Positions 25,467 through 35,329 are shown, counted from the stretch's first letter. The stretch: 64,000 nt of DNA from Fibrobacteria bacterium (GCA_021155885.1 JAJNBB010000004.1:5725-69724); one strand, 5' to 3'. Program-made: numbers and translations. Notes: generated by a model from the sequence alone, not told the origin.

Positions 25467-26255
25467 ATGAACCCCACTATCGTCAAAATCGGCGGCTCCC
25501 TGATGGAGAGCCACGAGGCCTTGCGCCGGCTGACCCGGGCGCTCGCGGAACTGTGGAGCGGCGGGTTGCCTCTGGTGCTCGCTCACGGCGGCGGCAAGGA
25601 CATCAACCGCAACCTGCAATGGCTGGGCGAGGAGCCCCGCTTCGTCGACGGCCTGCGCGTGACGTCGGAGGCCGCGATGGAAATCGTGGAGATGACGCTG
25701 AGCGGCGCGGTGAACAAGCGGCTGGTGTCGCTGCTGCAGTCGGCGGGCGCGCGCGCCTGCGGCCTCAGCGGCGTGGACGGTTCCACCTTGGTCTGCAGGC
25801 CCCTCGACCCGGCGCTGGGCCGCGTCGGCACCATCGCGCAGGCCCGGCCCGCGCTGGTCGAATCCTTGCTCACCGCGCGCTTCCTGCCGGTGCTGTCCCC
25901 GGTTTCGGCGGACAGCGCGGGTGCGCATTACAACGTGAACGCCGACGACGCCGCGGCCGCGCTGGCGATGGGGATGAAGGCCGGGAAACTGGTGTTCGTG
26001 TCCGACGTGCCGGGCGTGATGGACGCCCCTCCGGACAAGGGGGGCAAAATCGTGCCGCGCCTGAACCGGGCCTCGGCCGAGGAACTGATCGCGGCGGGCG
26101 TGATCGCCGGGGGCATGATCCCGAAGGTGCGCTCTTGCCTCGCCGCGGTGGAAGCCGGCGTCGGCGAGGTTCACATCTGCGGGTTCACCGAGGCGCAGGC
26201 GCTTGAGGACCAGATCACCGGGGCGAAGAACTCCGGAACGATCGTGGGTGTTTGA
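25467..26255 (+). CDS. argB: acetylglutamate kinase
   Basis: The N-terminal region has IVKIGGSLM and LVLAHGGGKDIN. Further motifs are NVNADDAAAALA and the MIPKV region. Confidence 0.95.
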   Translation: MNPTIVKIGGSLMESHEALRRLTRALAELWSGGLPLVLAHGGGKDINRNLQWLGEEPRFVDGLRVTSEAAMEIVEMTLSGAVNKRLVSLLQSAGARACGLSGVDGSTLVCRPLDPALGRVGTIAQARPALVESLLTARFLPVLSPVSADSAGAHYNVNADDAAAALAMGMKAGKLVFVSDVPGVMDAPPDKGGKIVPRLNRASAEELIAAGVIAGGMIPKVRSCLAAVEAGVGEVHICGFTEAQALEDQITGAKNSGTIVGV

Positions 26256-26301
26256 CCCGGAATCGTATTCCTAGGGGCGGGGTGATTCGACCGACGACCC
26301 G

Positions 26302-27480
26302 CTATAACCGCACCGACTTCAGCGTAAACGTCCCCTTGTCCGTCCGCACCGTGAACACGCGCACCGCGCCTTTTCCTGACGTCGCGTCCAGATCCGACAA
26401 CGCATAGCTCTTCGCGCCGCGGCCCGCCCGCGCGTGCACCACCCGGCCGGACAAATCCTGCACCCGGATCATGTGCGGGCCGTCGTCGCGAATCTTCAGG
26501 AATTCCCCGGACAGTTGGAGGGGGTTCCAGCGAGCGAGCGGAGCCTCCCGCAGTCCCGTGGTCCAGTTGGCCTTGGCCAGGCCCGTGTGCGACATGGTGC
26601 GGTCGGGGGAGCGCACCTGCCCGTCGACGATCACCGAGGTGTCGCGAATCGTCACCAGCGAGTAGTTGTTCCCGTTGGCCGTGCCGGTTCCCGTCGCGGA
26701 GGTGGGGCAGTTCAGCATGGCCTGGAAGGTCATATAGTGGATGCCGTTGACGCGGGTATAGGATCCCTCGTGACGGTGCCCCTGGAACACGTGGGTCACG
26801 TTGCCGGTCGTTTCCAGGATGGTGCGGATGGCCGGGGAGTTCTCCACCGAATAATCGTCGGCGTTGTGCAGGTTCTGGTGGATGGAAACGATGGTGGGTT
26901 TTTGCCCCGCGGCCTGCAGGTCGGCGATCAGCCAGTTGCGCTGGGCTTCGTGGATCCACGTGTCGGTCCACACCCAAGCGTTGCTGCGGCTGTAATCCTC
27001 CCCGTTCGCCTTGTAGTTCCCGTCCAGCACGACGAAGTGGATGGGCCCCACGTCGAAGGAGTAATAGTTCTGCTTGATCTTGCTCACCGACTTCGCGTGG
27101 ACGTTGGCCTTGTTGAGCGAGGTCTGTTCATGGTTGCCGAGAACGAGATATACGTCGCCCTGGAACTTGCCCGTGCGCGCGTTCATGGTGTCGAGATCGG
27201 CCATGGTCTTGATGGAGTCGCTCATGGTCGTGCCGTAGCCGTCGACATAGTCCCCCAGGATCAGCAGGAAGGCCGGCGAGTGGCGGTTGAAGAAGGCCAC
27301 GGCCGAATCCATCTTCGCGGGACTGCCCCGGTAGCAGCGATTGGCGGTGTTGGTTTCGGCGCCGTTGTTGGCCTTGTCGGCGAACTGCGGGTCGGCGATC
27401 ACGGCGAAGCGCAGGCTGTCGGGACCGAGCTGGGCGAAGACGGACAGGGGCAAAAGGGCGGCGAGGAGGAAGGTTCTCAT
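26302..27480 (-). CDS. secreted calcineurin-like metallophosphoesterase with T9SS-type C-terminal domain
   Basis: It has a signal peptide and the phosphoesterase motifs (FAVIADPQF, LILGDYVDG, LGNHE, GHRHE). The C-terminal ~75 aa form a beta-rich tail (HMIRVQDLSGRVVHA...VRVFTVRTDKGTFTLKSVRL). Confidence 0.8.
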   Translation of the reverse strand: MRTFLLAALLPLSVFAQLGPDSLRFAVIADPQFADKANNGAETNTANRCYRGSPAKMDSAVAFFNRHSPAFLLILGDYVDGYGTTMSDSIKTMADLDTMNARTGKFQGDVYLVLGNHEQTSLNKANVHAKSVSKIKQNYYSFDVGPIHFVVLDGNYKANGEDYSRSNAWVWTDTWIHEAQRNWLIADLQAAGQKPTIVSIHQNLHNADDYSVENSPAIRTILETTGNVTHVFQGHRHEGSYTRVNGIHYMTFQAMLNCPTSATGTGTANGNNYSLVTIRDTSVIVDGQVRSPDRTMSHTGLAKANWTTGLREAPLARWNPLQLSGEFLKIRDDGPHMIRVQDLSGRVVHARAGRGAKSYALSDLDATSGKGAVRVFTVRTDKGTFTLKSVRL

Positions 27481-27619
27481 GGTTCAATCATACTCACCCC
27501 CGCGTTTCGGCGCCGGGGATTTCTGGAATGAAGCCGAAGTGAAATAAGGTTCGCTGGAAATTTGGAGGGATTGGGGCGATCCCTTCCGTCCGCCTTGAAC
27601 CGGGCCCGCGCGGGATCGG

Positions 27620-28630
27620 CTAGTAGGCCCAGCCCAGATACAAGGCGATGAAGAGGTAGTCCTTCTCGCGCCTATAGGCTCCGTCCAGGACCCAGGCGGG
27701 CCCGTAGCCGACATCGAAGCCGGTGAAGAAGCCTTTTTTCTCGTCCACGATGCCCACGGTGACGGGAAGGGCGACGCGGCTGTAGGCGAATCCGTCCTGG
27801 ACCTGGCGCTCGTAATAGGGCTCGACACCCAGGAATACCGGCGCATGGCTGCCGAAGAAATAGCGGCGCGGGCCGCCCTGGGCGATCACGCCACGGGACG
27901 AACCGGATGGGGCGAGAATCCATTGGGGCGCCAGGTTGAGAGCGAAATTGTACGGAAGAGGATGTTCGTAGCGCGGGGCGATCCGGGTCTCGTTGAGAAC
28001 ACGGCTGGCGAGGATGGGAGCGATGTCGAGGGAAACGCGTCCCGAGAGGTCGATCTTTTCCTTGGGATACTTCTTGCCATACAGGGCTGTGGAAAGGTCG
28101 CGCGGGGCCTGCCGCATCAGGCGAGCGCGGGACGTATCGCGGCTTTCGAACCAGGGATGCCGGCTCGCGTAAAGGCTCTCGCGCTTCGTCGTGCCTTCGT
28201 AGTCTTGGTACGCGGCCTCGTACTGGATTTGCGCCGACGGGGAGACCTGCAGGAATACGGGCAGGAAAAGCCACCAGGGACTATAAGCGGCGGCCAGGCC
28301 CACGCCTGTCCCCCAGATTCCAATGTTCCAGGTAAGCGCCCCGTACGACACCGCGGGCGACGCCAGCTGGGAGGACTTCGGCTGGACGCGCACCCTGCGC
28401 ATCGACAGGCTGTCGTCCGCACAGGGCGCGAACGCGCGGCCTTCCGCTTCGACCCGCTCGAAGACGGCCGCATGCTGTTCCGGGGTCAGGAATTTCGTGC
28501 TGTCCACGGCGTAGCACTTGGGGACGTCGGGATCCCCCACGGGGCTTTGGACCGTGGGCGCGCAGGCCGTCAGCAATGCAAGAGCGGAAAGGAAGGCAAG
28601 CAGGGGGAGGGCGGCCGGGATGCGTTTCAT
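27620..28630 (-). CDS. hypothetical lipoprotein, paralog 1
   Basis: The lipobox is LLTAC. The protein is colinear with the upstream neighbour (PKCY, EAEGRAFAPC, FLGVEPYYER, aromatic C-terminus LYLGWAY). I trimmed the start to MKRIPAAL (cat at 28628-28630). Confidence 0.55.
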   Translation of the reverse strand: MKRIPAALPLLAFLSALALLTACAPTVQSPVGDPDVPKCYAVDSTKFLTPEQHAAVFERVEAEGRAFAPCADDSLSMRRVRVQPKSSQLASPAVSYGALTWNIGIWGTGVGLAAAYSPWWLFLPVFLQVSPSAQIQYEAAYQDYEGTTKRESLYASRHPWFESRDTSRARLMRQAPRDLSTALYGKKYPKEKIDLSGRVSLDIAPILASRVLNETRIAPRYEHPLPYNFALNLAPQWILAPSGSSRGVIAQGGPRRYFFGSHAPVFLGVEPYYERQVQDGFAYSRVALPVTVGIVDEKKGFFTGFDVGYGPAWVLDGAYRREKDYLFIALYLGWAY

Positions 28631-28667
28631 GGCCGGAATATATCTAGGGCGAGGCCGGGCGAGGAAG

Positions 28668-29666
28668 TCAGAATCGATAGCCGACATACAGGCTGCTCAA
28701 CTTCACATAATCGGGTTCCTTGTAAGCCCCGTTCAAGACCTTGGAAGGCCCGATGCCCAGGTCGACGCTGGTCACCAGCCGCCTCCCTTGAAACACCATT
28801 CCGAGGGTGAGGGGCAGGGCTATCCGGCTATACAGGTATCCGTGGTAATAGGTCCTCTCCACGTAGGGTTCGAGGCCCACGAAAAGTCCGGAATGACATG
28901 GGCCGCCATACCAACGCGGCCCGGCATGAATGGAATACTCGTGATAGGGCGCGGAAAAAGGAAGGAATGCGGAGGGCGCGGCGCCCAGGGCGAAATTCCC
29001 CGGAAGAAACTTCTCGAAACGGGCCTCCAGCTTGATGCCCCCGTAGGTTCTGGCGACCATCAGCGGCTCCAGATCGATCGAGAGGCGCCCAAAATGCTTG
29101 TCCACCGGCTTGGGATATTCCTTTCGGAACAGGGTCGTCGATAGCACGCGGCGCGACTGCTCGAACAGCAAGGGTTTGGATTCCTCCCGGGTCCTGAACC
29201 AGGACTCCATGGCCACGGGAACGAACTCCTGTCGCTTCTTGCCCTTGGCGTCCGTATAATCGGCCCGGTACATGATGGTCGCCGTGGGCCCGGTCTGGAG
29301 CGCGGGCATCATCAGCCAGGAAGTCCTCTCGTAAGCCAGGCCCACGCCGAACCCCGCGGCGAGGATGGCAAGATCGACCCCCAGCATGATGTAAGAAACC
29401 GGCGGGGACGCCACCCAGGAATACTGAGGGCGGATGCGAACGGCCTCCGGCGAGGCGCTGTCGCAGGGAGGAAAGGCGTGCCCTTCCGTCTCCACGCCCT
29501 GGAAAACGCGGGCATGCTCTTCCGACGATATATTCCGCGTAGTCTCCACGACATAGCATTTCGGGGCGGAAGGCTCGCGGAGAAGGCTGTTGCCGGCGCA
29601 CCCCGTGAGCACGGCGAGGGACGCGAGCGGGAGCGACAAAACGCCGGGAGAAAGTACGCGCGTCAT
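28668..29666 (-). CDS. hypothetical lipoprotein, paralog 2
   Basis: The lipobox is VLTGC. Shared blocks with 27620..28630 include PKCYVV, ETEGHAFPPC, FVGLEPYVER and the terminus LYVGYRF. Confidence 0.55.
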   Translation of the reverse strand: MTRVLSPGVLSLPLASLAVLTGCAGNSLLREPSAPKCYVVETTRNISSEEHARVFQGVETEGHAFPPCDSASPEAVRIRPQYSWVASPPVSYIMLGVDLAILAAGFGVGLAYERTSWLMMPALQTGPTATIMYRADYTDAKGKKRQEFVPVAMESWFRTREESKPLLFEQSRRVLSTTLFRKEYPKPVDKHFGRLSIDLEPLMVARTYGGIKLEARFEKFLPGNFALGAAPSAFLPFSAPYHEYSIHAGPRWYGGPCHSGLFVGLEPYVERTYYHGYLYSRIALPLTLGMVFQGRRLVTSVDLGIGPSKVLNGAYKEPDYVKLSSLYVGYRF

Positions 29667-29718
29667 GGACCTGAATATATCCCCGGCATCCCCCGCCTAA
29701 GAGAGGACGCCTCGAATA

Positions 29719-29739
29719 GCGTTCTCAATTTGAGAACGC
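29719..29739 (-). terminator. hairpin downstream of the dapA-family gene (possible terminator)
   Basis: The stem is gcgttctca/tgagaacgc with an ATT loop, and the U-tract is weak. It shares the stem core GCGTTCT/AGAACGC with the accC terminator at 31538-31558. Confidence 0.4.
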
Positions 29740-29745
29740 CGGGGA

Positions 29746-30723
29746 TCAAATCCCGGAGTGATACTTCTTCAGGCTCGGCGCGTGCTCGCGGATGAGCTGC
29801 AGGAGCATCTCCTGCACGGCCTCGCCACCCGCGGTTTCGCGCACGGAGACCAGCGGCTGGAACAGCGGGGAGTCGAACAGCGCCGCCAGCGGCAGCGGGT
29901 TCTTGCGCGCGAACACGGCCTTGACGAAAACCATGGCCTCTTCCTGGAACGCGCGCGCTCCTCCGGAATTTCCGGCCTCGTGGGCCGCGACGATCTTCAG
30001 GAACAGGCGCGAGACCTCGGGAATGTTTCCCGACGCGGTGATCACGCCGGTGCCGCCCATCTCGAGGATTTCGGCGACGCCGTCGTCCTCGCCCGTGACC
30101 ACCGAGAAGTCGAGGCCCCGCGTCGCGGCGAGGACCTTCTTCGTGTCGTCGCGAAACTTGCCCGCGCTGCGAAAGTCCACCGCCTGCTTGAGTCCGATGA
30201 CGTTCTTGTCGGCCGCCAGACGGATCAAGGTCTCGGGCTCGAGATAGCTCGCCGTGCGCGCGGGCACGTTGTAGATCACGATCTTCGCGCCCGTCTCGGC
30301 GGAGAGCGTCTCGAAGTGGCTCACCAACCCCTCTTGGGGCGGATTGTTGTAGTACCCCGTGACGCACAGGACGGCCGTATCCCCCAGCGCTTTCTGGATC
30401 GCCTGGATCATGTCCACCGACTCGCGCGTGGAATTCGACCCGGCCCCGGCGATGACGGGAACGCGCCCCGCCACGTAATCCACCGTGAAGCGGACCATTT
30501 CGAGGTGCTGCTCGGTGCTCACCGTGGGGCTCTGCCCGGTCGTTCCCACGGGCACGATGCCGGTCACGCCCTCGGCGATCATGTCGTCGATGATTTTCTT
30601 CGCCTTGTCGTAGTCGATCGAATTGCGCAGGCGCTTCGGGTCGTCGTTCTTGAGCGGGGTGAAAAGCGCGGGCCAGACGCCGCGAAGCTGGGCGGCCGAG
30701 GAGATGCTGCGGGAAGATGACAT
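29746..30723 (-). CDS. DapA-family aldolase (4-hydroxy-tetrahydrodipicolinate synthase family)
   Basis: GVTGIVPVGTTGQSPTVSTEQHLEMV, IAGAGSNSTRE and the Schiff-base lysine region VIGLKQA are present. GTTGQ replaces the usual GTTGE, so the exact substrate is uncertain. Confidence 0.7.
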   Translation of the reverse strand: MSSSRSISSAAQLRGVWPALFTPLKNDDPKRLRNSIDYDKAKKIIDDMIAEGVTGIVPVGTTGQSPTVSTEQHLEMVRFTVDYVAGRVPVIAGAGSNSTRESVDMIQAIQKALGDTAVLCVTGYYNNPPQEGLVSHFETLSAETGAKIVIYNVPARTASYLEPETLIRLAADKNVIGLKQAVDFRSAGKFRDDTKKVLAATRGLDFSVVTGEDDGVAEILEMGGTGVITASGNIPEVSRLFLKIVAAHEAGNSGGARAFQEEAMVFVKAVFARKNPLPLAALFDSPLFQPLVSVRETAGGEAVQEMLLQLIREHAPSLKKYHSGI

Positions 30724-30776
30724 GGAAGCAAACCTAGAAAAAGGGGGCTACGGCGAAAACCGGCCCCGTCCGCGGG

Positions 30777-31430
30777 CTAAAGCGGGAACCTGAAGCCAAC
30801 CTTGAGCTTGATGTTCCTGGAATGAAGGGCCTCGCTCCCGTCCTCCTCCTCTTCCTCCTCATCCTCTTCAGCGTCGTTGATATCCATGAAACCGACGTAA
30901 TAGCTGGGGCGAATGAAGAACGTCCCCGTCCCGGCGGGAAACTCGATGCCCGCTCCCGCCTCCACACCGAAATCGATAGGGGCGATACTTTCCTTGATGT
31001 CCACGGACATCTCGTCGCCGCCGAGCTCGATCTCGCCCTTCGCCGACAGCAGGATCCCCAGGGAGGGCCCGGCGAAGAAATTGAGCGCCCCCTTGGTGAG
31101 GGGGACCTTGAACATGGCGAAAACGGGAACCTGCAGATACAGCAGCTTTATCCGGCTTTCGACATGGCCGAAAAACGGGTCATCGGCCTCCGCGTCCTGT
31201 CCCCTGGTTTCGAATCCTATCTCAGGCACGATCGAAAAAACCGGGCTCAGCTCCTTCTCGAAACCGAAGCCGAGGTTGAAACCCAGATGATTGGAAAGGT
31301 CCTCGCCCTCCGCCGCCTCCACGTCCATGAACGAGGAGTTCAGGCCCCCTCCCACGGTAAAGCCCCCGGCGGCCCAGGAAAAACAGGGAAGCACGGCGGC
31401 GACGGCGAAAATTCTCAGGGCTGAAAGCAT
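30777..31430 (-). CDS. outer-membrane beta-barrel (porin-family/OmpW-like) protein
   Basis: A signal peptide is followed by alternating beta-strand patterns (GGGLNSSF, FNLGFGFE, GAGIEF). The last loop holds an acidic run, DAEEDEEEEEEDG. Confidence 0.65.
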   Translation of the reverse strand: MLSALRIFAVAAVLPCFSWAAGGFTVGGGLNSSFMDVEAAEGEDLSNHLGFNLGFGFEKELSPVFSIVPEIGFETRGQDAEADDPFFGHVESRIKLLYLQVPVFAMFKVPLTKGALNFFAGPSLGILLSAKGEIELGGDEMSVDIKESIAPIDFGVEAGAGIEFPAGTGTFFIRPSYYVGFMDINDAEEDEEEEEEDGSEALHSRNIKLKVGFRFPL

Positions 31431-31526
31431 GCTGGCTCCTTGGCGAGGCGTTCGGACGCGGAAAAGCCTCCGCGCGTCCTGTATTTACTCGCGCCGCGGC
31501 GAAATTTCGCGCAAAAAGGTTACGCA

Positions 31527-31560
31527 ATTAAAAATAAGCGTTCTGCCGAACAGAACGCCC
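31527..31560 (-). terminator. rho-independent terminator after accC
   Basis: The stem is gcgttctg/cagaacgc (31538-31558). On the minus strand it is followed by ttatttttaatt. Confidence 0.7.
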
Positions 31561-31568
31561 CTGCGCCG

Positions 31569-32939
31569 TTATTCCCCGACCAGGATCTCGGGGTTTTCCT
31601 CGAGGAACTTCGTGGTGTACTCGCCCTTGGCGAACTTCGGGTGGCGCAGGATGCGCTTGTGGGCGGGAATGGTGGTCTTGACGCCCTCGATCACGAACTC
31701 GTCGAGCGCGCGCAGCATGCGGGCGATCGCCTCCGCGCGCGTGGGGGCGTGCACGATCAGCTTGGCGATCATGCTGTCGTAGTGCGGCGGCACGGTGTAG
31801 CCGCTGTAGCAGTGCGTGTCGACGCGCACGCCGGGGCCGCCGGGCAGGTGAAAGGTCTGCAGCGTGCCGGGCGAGGGGCGGAAGTCGTTGAACGGGTCCT
31901 CGGCGTTGATGCGGCACTCGATGGAATGGCCCGTGAAGGTGATGTCGTCCTGCGTGAACGGCAGCTTCTCGCCGGCGGCCACGAGGATTTGCGCGCGGAT
32001 GAGGTCCACGCCCGTGACCGCTTCGGTGACGGGGTGCTCGACCTGGATACGCGTGTTCATTTCCATGAAGTAGAACGAGTTGTCCTTGTCGTAGAGGAAC
32101 TCGATCGTGCCGGCGTTGAAGTACCCGGCTTCCTTCGCGCCCCTGACGGCGATCTCGCCCATCTTCTTGCGGATCTCGGGCGTCACGGCCGGGCTCGGGC
32201 TTTCCTCGATCAGCTTCTGGTGGCGACGCTGCACGGAGCAGTCGCGCTCGCCGAGATGGACCATGTTGCCGTGCATGTCGCCGATCAACTGGATCTCGAC
32301 GTGGCGCGGTTCGGTGAAGAAGCGCTCAAGGTACAGGTCGCCGTTGCTGAAGCAGGCGAGCGCCTCGGCGGTCGCCACGGGGTACAATTGCTTGAGCTCT
32401 TCTTCGTTGCGCGCCATGCGCATGCCGCGCCCGCCGCCGCCGGCGGAGGCCTTGACGATCACCGGATAGCCCACGGCCTTCGCCTCGCGCAGGGCGTCCT
32501 CGAGCGTGGCCACGAGGCCGACGGAGCCCGGGATGACCGGCACCTTCGCCTTGCGCATGGTGGCCTTGGCCTCGGCCTTGTCGCCGAGCTTGCTGATCAC
32601 CTCGGGGTCGGGCCCGATGAACACGATCTTGTTGTCGCGGCACACCTCGGCGAAGCGCGCGTTCTCCGAAAGGAACCCGTAGCCGGGGTGGATCGCGTCG
32701 GCGTTGGTCAGCTCGGCGGCCGCGAGGATTTGCCGCGTGTTGAGATAACTCTGCTTGCTGCTCGGCGGGCCGATGCAGATGTCCTCCTCGGCCTGGTAGA
32801 CGTGCATGGAATGCGCGTCGGCCGTGGAGTGCACCGCCACCGTCGCGATGCCCATTTCCTTGCAGGTGCGGATGACGCGCAGCGCGATCTCGCCGCGGTT
32901 CGCGATCAGGATTTTTTTAAACACCGAATCTCCGTTCAT
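31569..32939 (-). CDS. accC: acetyl-CoA carboxylase biotin carboxylase subunit
   Basis: [25 protein letters not shown] is followed by an ATP-grasp domain. The start is ambiguous between ATG 32939 and GTG 32924 (preceded by GGAGA). The listed ORF starts at 32963. Confidence 0.95.
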   Translation of the reverse strand: MNGDSVFKKILIANRGEIALRVIRTCKEMGIATVAVHSTADAHSMHVYQAEEDICIGPPSSKQSYLNTRQILAAAELTNADAIHPGYGFLSENARFAEVCRDNKIVFIGPDPEVISKLGDKAEAKATMRKAKVPVIPGSVGLVATLEDALREAKAVGYPVIVKASAGGGGRGMRMARNEEELKQLYPVATAEALACFSNGDLYLERFFTEPRHVEIQLIGDMHGNMVHLGERDCSVQRRHQKLIEESPSPAVTPEIRKKMGEIAVRGAKEAGYFNAGTIEFLYDKDNSFYFMEMNTRIQVEHPVTEAVTGVDLIRAQILVAAGEKLPFTQDDITFTGHSIECRINAEDPFNDFRPSPGTLQTFHLPGGPGVRVDTHCYSGYTVPPHYDSMIAKLIVHAPTRAEAIARMLRALDEFVIEGVKTTIPAHKRILRHPKFAKGEYTTKFLEENPEILVGE

Positions 32940-33002
32940 ATACCCGGGAGGGGGCCAATTCATGTGCCGAAGGCATGGGGCCGCAAGGCCGAATCATTGG
33001 CC

Positions 33003-33530
33003 CTACGCGGGACGCACGCGGTAGAGCACGGTGCCGTACTCGACCGGGGTCTCGTTGGAGACGCACACTTCGACGATCTCGCCCGCCACGTCGGACTCGA
33101 TCTCGTTCATGATCTTCATGGCCTCGATGATGCAGACGACCTGGCCGGGACGCACCGACTGGCCCACTTGCGCGAGCGGAGGGGCGTCGGGCGACGAGGC
33201 GGCGTAGTAGGTGCCCACCATCGGCGAGGTGATGTCCTTGAGGTTGGAGGCGGGGGCGGCCTTGGAGGGCGCCTCCGCGGCCGGAGCGGCGGGAGCCGCC
33301 GCGGGAGCCGCTGCGCCGGCGCCGGCCGGCATCTGCGCGGGAGCGGCGTAGTACGCCGGCGCCGGGGCGGCCGCGACCTGCGCCTGCGGCTTCTTCAGCA
33401 CGAGGTTGGTCGTGCCGTCGCTGAAGCGAAGCTCGGCGAGGCCGCTCTTGTCGAGCAATTTGACCAGGTTGGTGACGTCGGAAAGCTGCATAGTGGATTC
33501 CTTCTCGGAGATCGGGGAGGCCGGATTCAT
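33003..33530 (-). CDS. accB: biotin carboxyl carrier protein
   Basis: It has an Ala/Pro-rich linker and the biotinyl-lysine motif IIEAMKIMNEIE. ATG 33530 overlaps the upstream stop (ATGA). An alternative start is ATG 33491. Confidence 0.92.
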   Translation of the reverse strand: MNPASPISEKESTMQLSDVTNLVKLLDKSGLAELRFSDGTTNLVLKKPQAQVAAAPAPAYYAAPAQMPAGAGAAAPAAAPAAPAAEAPSKAAPASNLKDITSPMVGTYYAASSPDAPPLAQVGQSVRPGQVVCIIEAMKIMNEIESDVAGEIVEVCVSNETPVEYGTVLYRVRPA

Positions 33531-34096
33531 CCGTTCTCAATTTCCTCGAGGCGCCTTTTCACGGAAGCGTCTCCAGGGTGCAGCTCCAGGAGCTGACGAA
33601 AAATTTGGGCGGCCTGCTCTTTGAGGCCTTGTTGCAAATATATCTCGGCCAATGTTGCCGTGGCAACGTGCGGCAGCGAATCCACGTCGATTTCGGCTTC
33701 CGCTTCGTCGTATTCGGTTTCTTCCGCATACGCGGGCGCGACGTCGGCGAAGGCGACGGGAGCGGCGTCCCAGCCGCCCGATCGAAACCCTTCATCCCAC
33801 GGCTCTTGCGCGCGCAGCTGCCCGAAGTGATGCTCGCCTTCGACGCCCCCGACGATTTCGGCGAGCTGCAGGCGCGCCGAGGGGCACTCGGCGTCGTCGC
33901 GCAGCACGCTCTCCAGCCAATCGCGGGCCTGGTGCGTGCGCCCGCTCTCGCGGCACACGCGCGCCAGCACGAGGCGGCCCGTCACGTCGCCGGGGAAGCG
34001 CATCGCGCCGGCGGTCAGCACGCGGAGCGATTCTTCCGTTTCGCCCCGAAGGTGCAGCCGTTCGCCCTCGCGGGCATAGGAAAGCGTGAGCGGCAT
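33527..34096 (-). CDS. TPR-like repeat protein
   Basis: 189 aa with helical repeats (ARVCRESGRTHQARDWLESVLRDD, AEIYLQQGLKEQAAQIFRQLLELHPGD). I trimmed the start from 34318. Confidence 0.5.
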   Translation of the reverse strand: MPLTLSYAREGERLHLRGETEESLRVLTAGAMRFPGDVTGRLVLARVCRESGRTHQARDWLESVLRDDAECPSARLQLAEIVGGVEGEHHFGQLRAQEPWDEGFRSGGWDAAPVAFADVAPAYAEETEYDEAEAEIDVDSLPHVATATLAEIYLQQGLKEQAAQIFRQLLELHPGDASVKRRLEEIENG

Positions 34097-34098
34097 GT

Positions 34099-34347
34099 TC
34101 AACCCAGCGGGATCGCTTCCTCGATCAGCATGACCGGAATGTCCTCGCGGACGGGATACAGGACCTTGCCGTCGGCGCGGAGAAGGCCGCCGTCCAGCTT
34201 TTCGCGCACGGCGCCGCCGCCGCGGTTCACGAGCTTTCCCTCCGCCACTCGTTCGTTCAGCGAGGCGATCAGGGAATCCGGCGCCATCGCCACGTCCTGC
34301 CGCGTTTCGGGGCAGCACAGGATTTCAAGGAGCTGGGGGTCGATCAT
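34099..34347 (-). CDS. Trm112-family (UPF0434/YcaR-like) small protein
   Basis: MIDPQLLEILCCPETRQDV...LYPVREDIPVMLIEEAI matches the YcaR pattern (LLEIIACP...GIPVLL). I trimmed the start from 34554. Confidence 0.75.
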   Translation of the reverse strand: MIDPQLLEILCCPETRQDVAMAPDSLIASLNERVAEGKLVNRGGGAVREKLDGGLLRADGKVLYPVREDIPVMLIEEAIPLG

Positions 34348-34372
34348 TGGGATTTCCCGGGAAGGTTTCGTG

Positions 34373-35329
34373 TCATTTTTCCGAGAACTGCGCCATCGCC
34401 GCGTACTTCGCGGCGCGGTCGGCGATGAGCAAGTCCAGTTTCGTTCCGCGCAGCGCCGCGATTTCCTCGACGAGCGCGGCGCGCAGGGTTTCGTACATCG
34501 CCTCGGGATCCCAGTGAGCGCCGCCGAGGGGCTCCGGGACGATGCGATCGGCAACCTTGAGGGCTTTCAGGTCATCGGCCGTGATCTTCATCGTGCCGCT
34601 AAGCTCCTGCTTCTTGCTGCTGTCGCCCCACAGGATGGCGCTGCACGACTCCGGCGAGATCACGCCGTACCAGGCGTTCTCGAGCATCAGCAGGCGGTCG
34701 GCCACGCCGATCCCCAGCGCGCCGCCGCTGGCGCCTTCGCCGATCACCACCGCCAGGATGGGCGCGCGCAGCACCGACATCTCCATCAGGTTGACGGCGA
34801 TCGCCTCGCCCTGGCCGCGCTCCTCGGCGCCGAGGCCGGGGTAGGCGCCCGGCGTGTCGATGAAAGAAATCACCGGCAGGCCGAATTTCTCCGCCATCTT
34901 CATGACGCGCAAGGCCTTGCGGTATCCCTCGGGATGGGCCATGCCGAAGTTGCGGCGGATGCTTTCCTTGGTGTCGCGGCCCTTTTGCTGGCCCACGATG
35001 ACCACGCTTTGCTCGCCCAGGCGGGCCAGGCCGGTGATCATGGCCGGGTCGTCGGAGAACCGGCGATCGCCGTGCAATTCGACGAAATCGGTGAAAATGT
35101 TCTGGATATAGTCCAAGGTGAACGGCCGGCCGGCCCGGCGGGCGAGCTCGATGCGGTTCCAGGGCGTGAGCCTGGCGGCGATCTTTCTTTGCAGCGCGTC
35201 CTTTTTGGCCTGGAGACCCTTGACGTCGGAGCCGGTTACCTCGCTCGACTTCAGCAGGTCCTCGATCTTCATGGCCAGTTCCACGACCGGCTGTTCGAAT
35301 TCCAGATGAGGGCCCTTCGGTACGGGCAT
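34373..35329 (-). CDS. accA: acetyl-CoA carboxylase carboxyltransferase subunit alpha
   Basis: LEFEQPVVELAMKIEDL, ELHGDRRFSDDPAMITGLARL and IDTPGAYPGLGAEERGQGEAIA are all present. Confidence 0.95.
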   Translation of the reverse strand: MPVPKGPHLEFEQPVVELAMKIEDLLKSSEVTGSDVKGLQAKKDALQRKIAARLTPWNRIELARRAGRPFTLDYIQNIFTDFVELHGDRRFSDDPAMITGLARLGEQSVVIVGQQKGRDTKESIRRNFGMAHPEGYRKALRVMKMAEKFGLPVISFIDTPGAYPGLGAEERGQGEAIAVNLMEMSVLRAPILAVVIGEGASGGALGIGVADRLLMLENAWYGVISPESCSAILWGDSSKKQELSGTMKITADDLKALKVADRIVPEPLGGAHWDPEAMYETLRAALVEEIAALRGTKLDLLIADRAAKYAAMAQFSEK

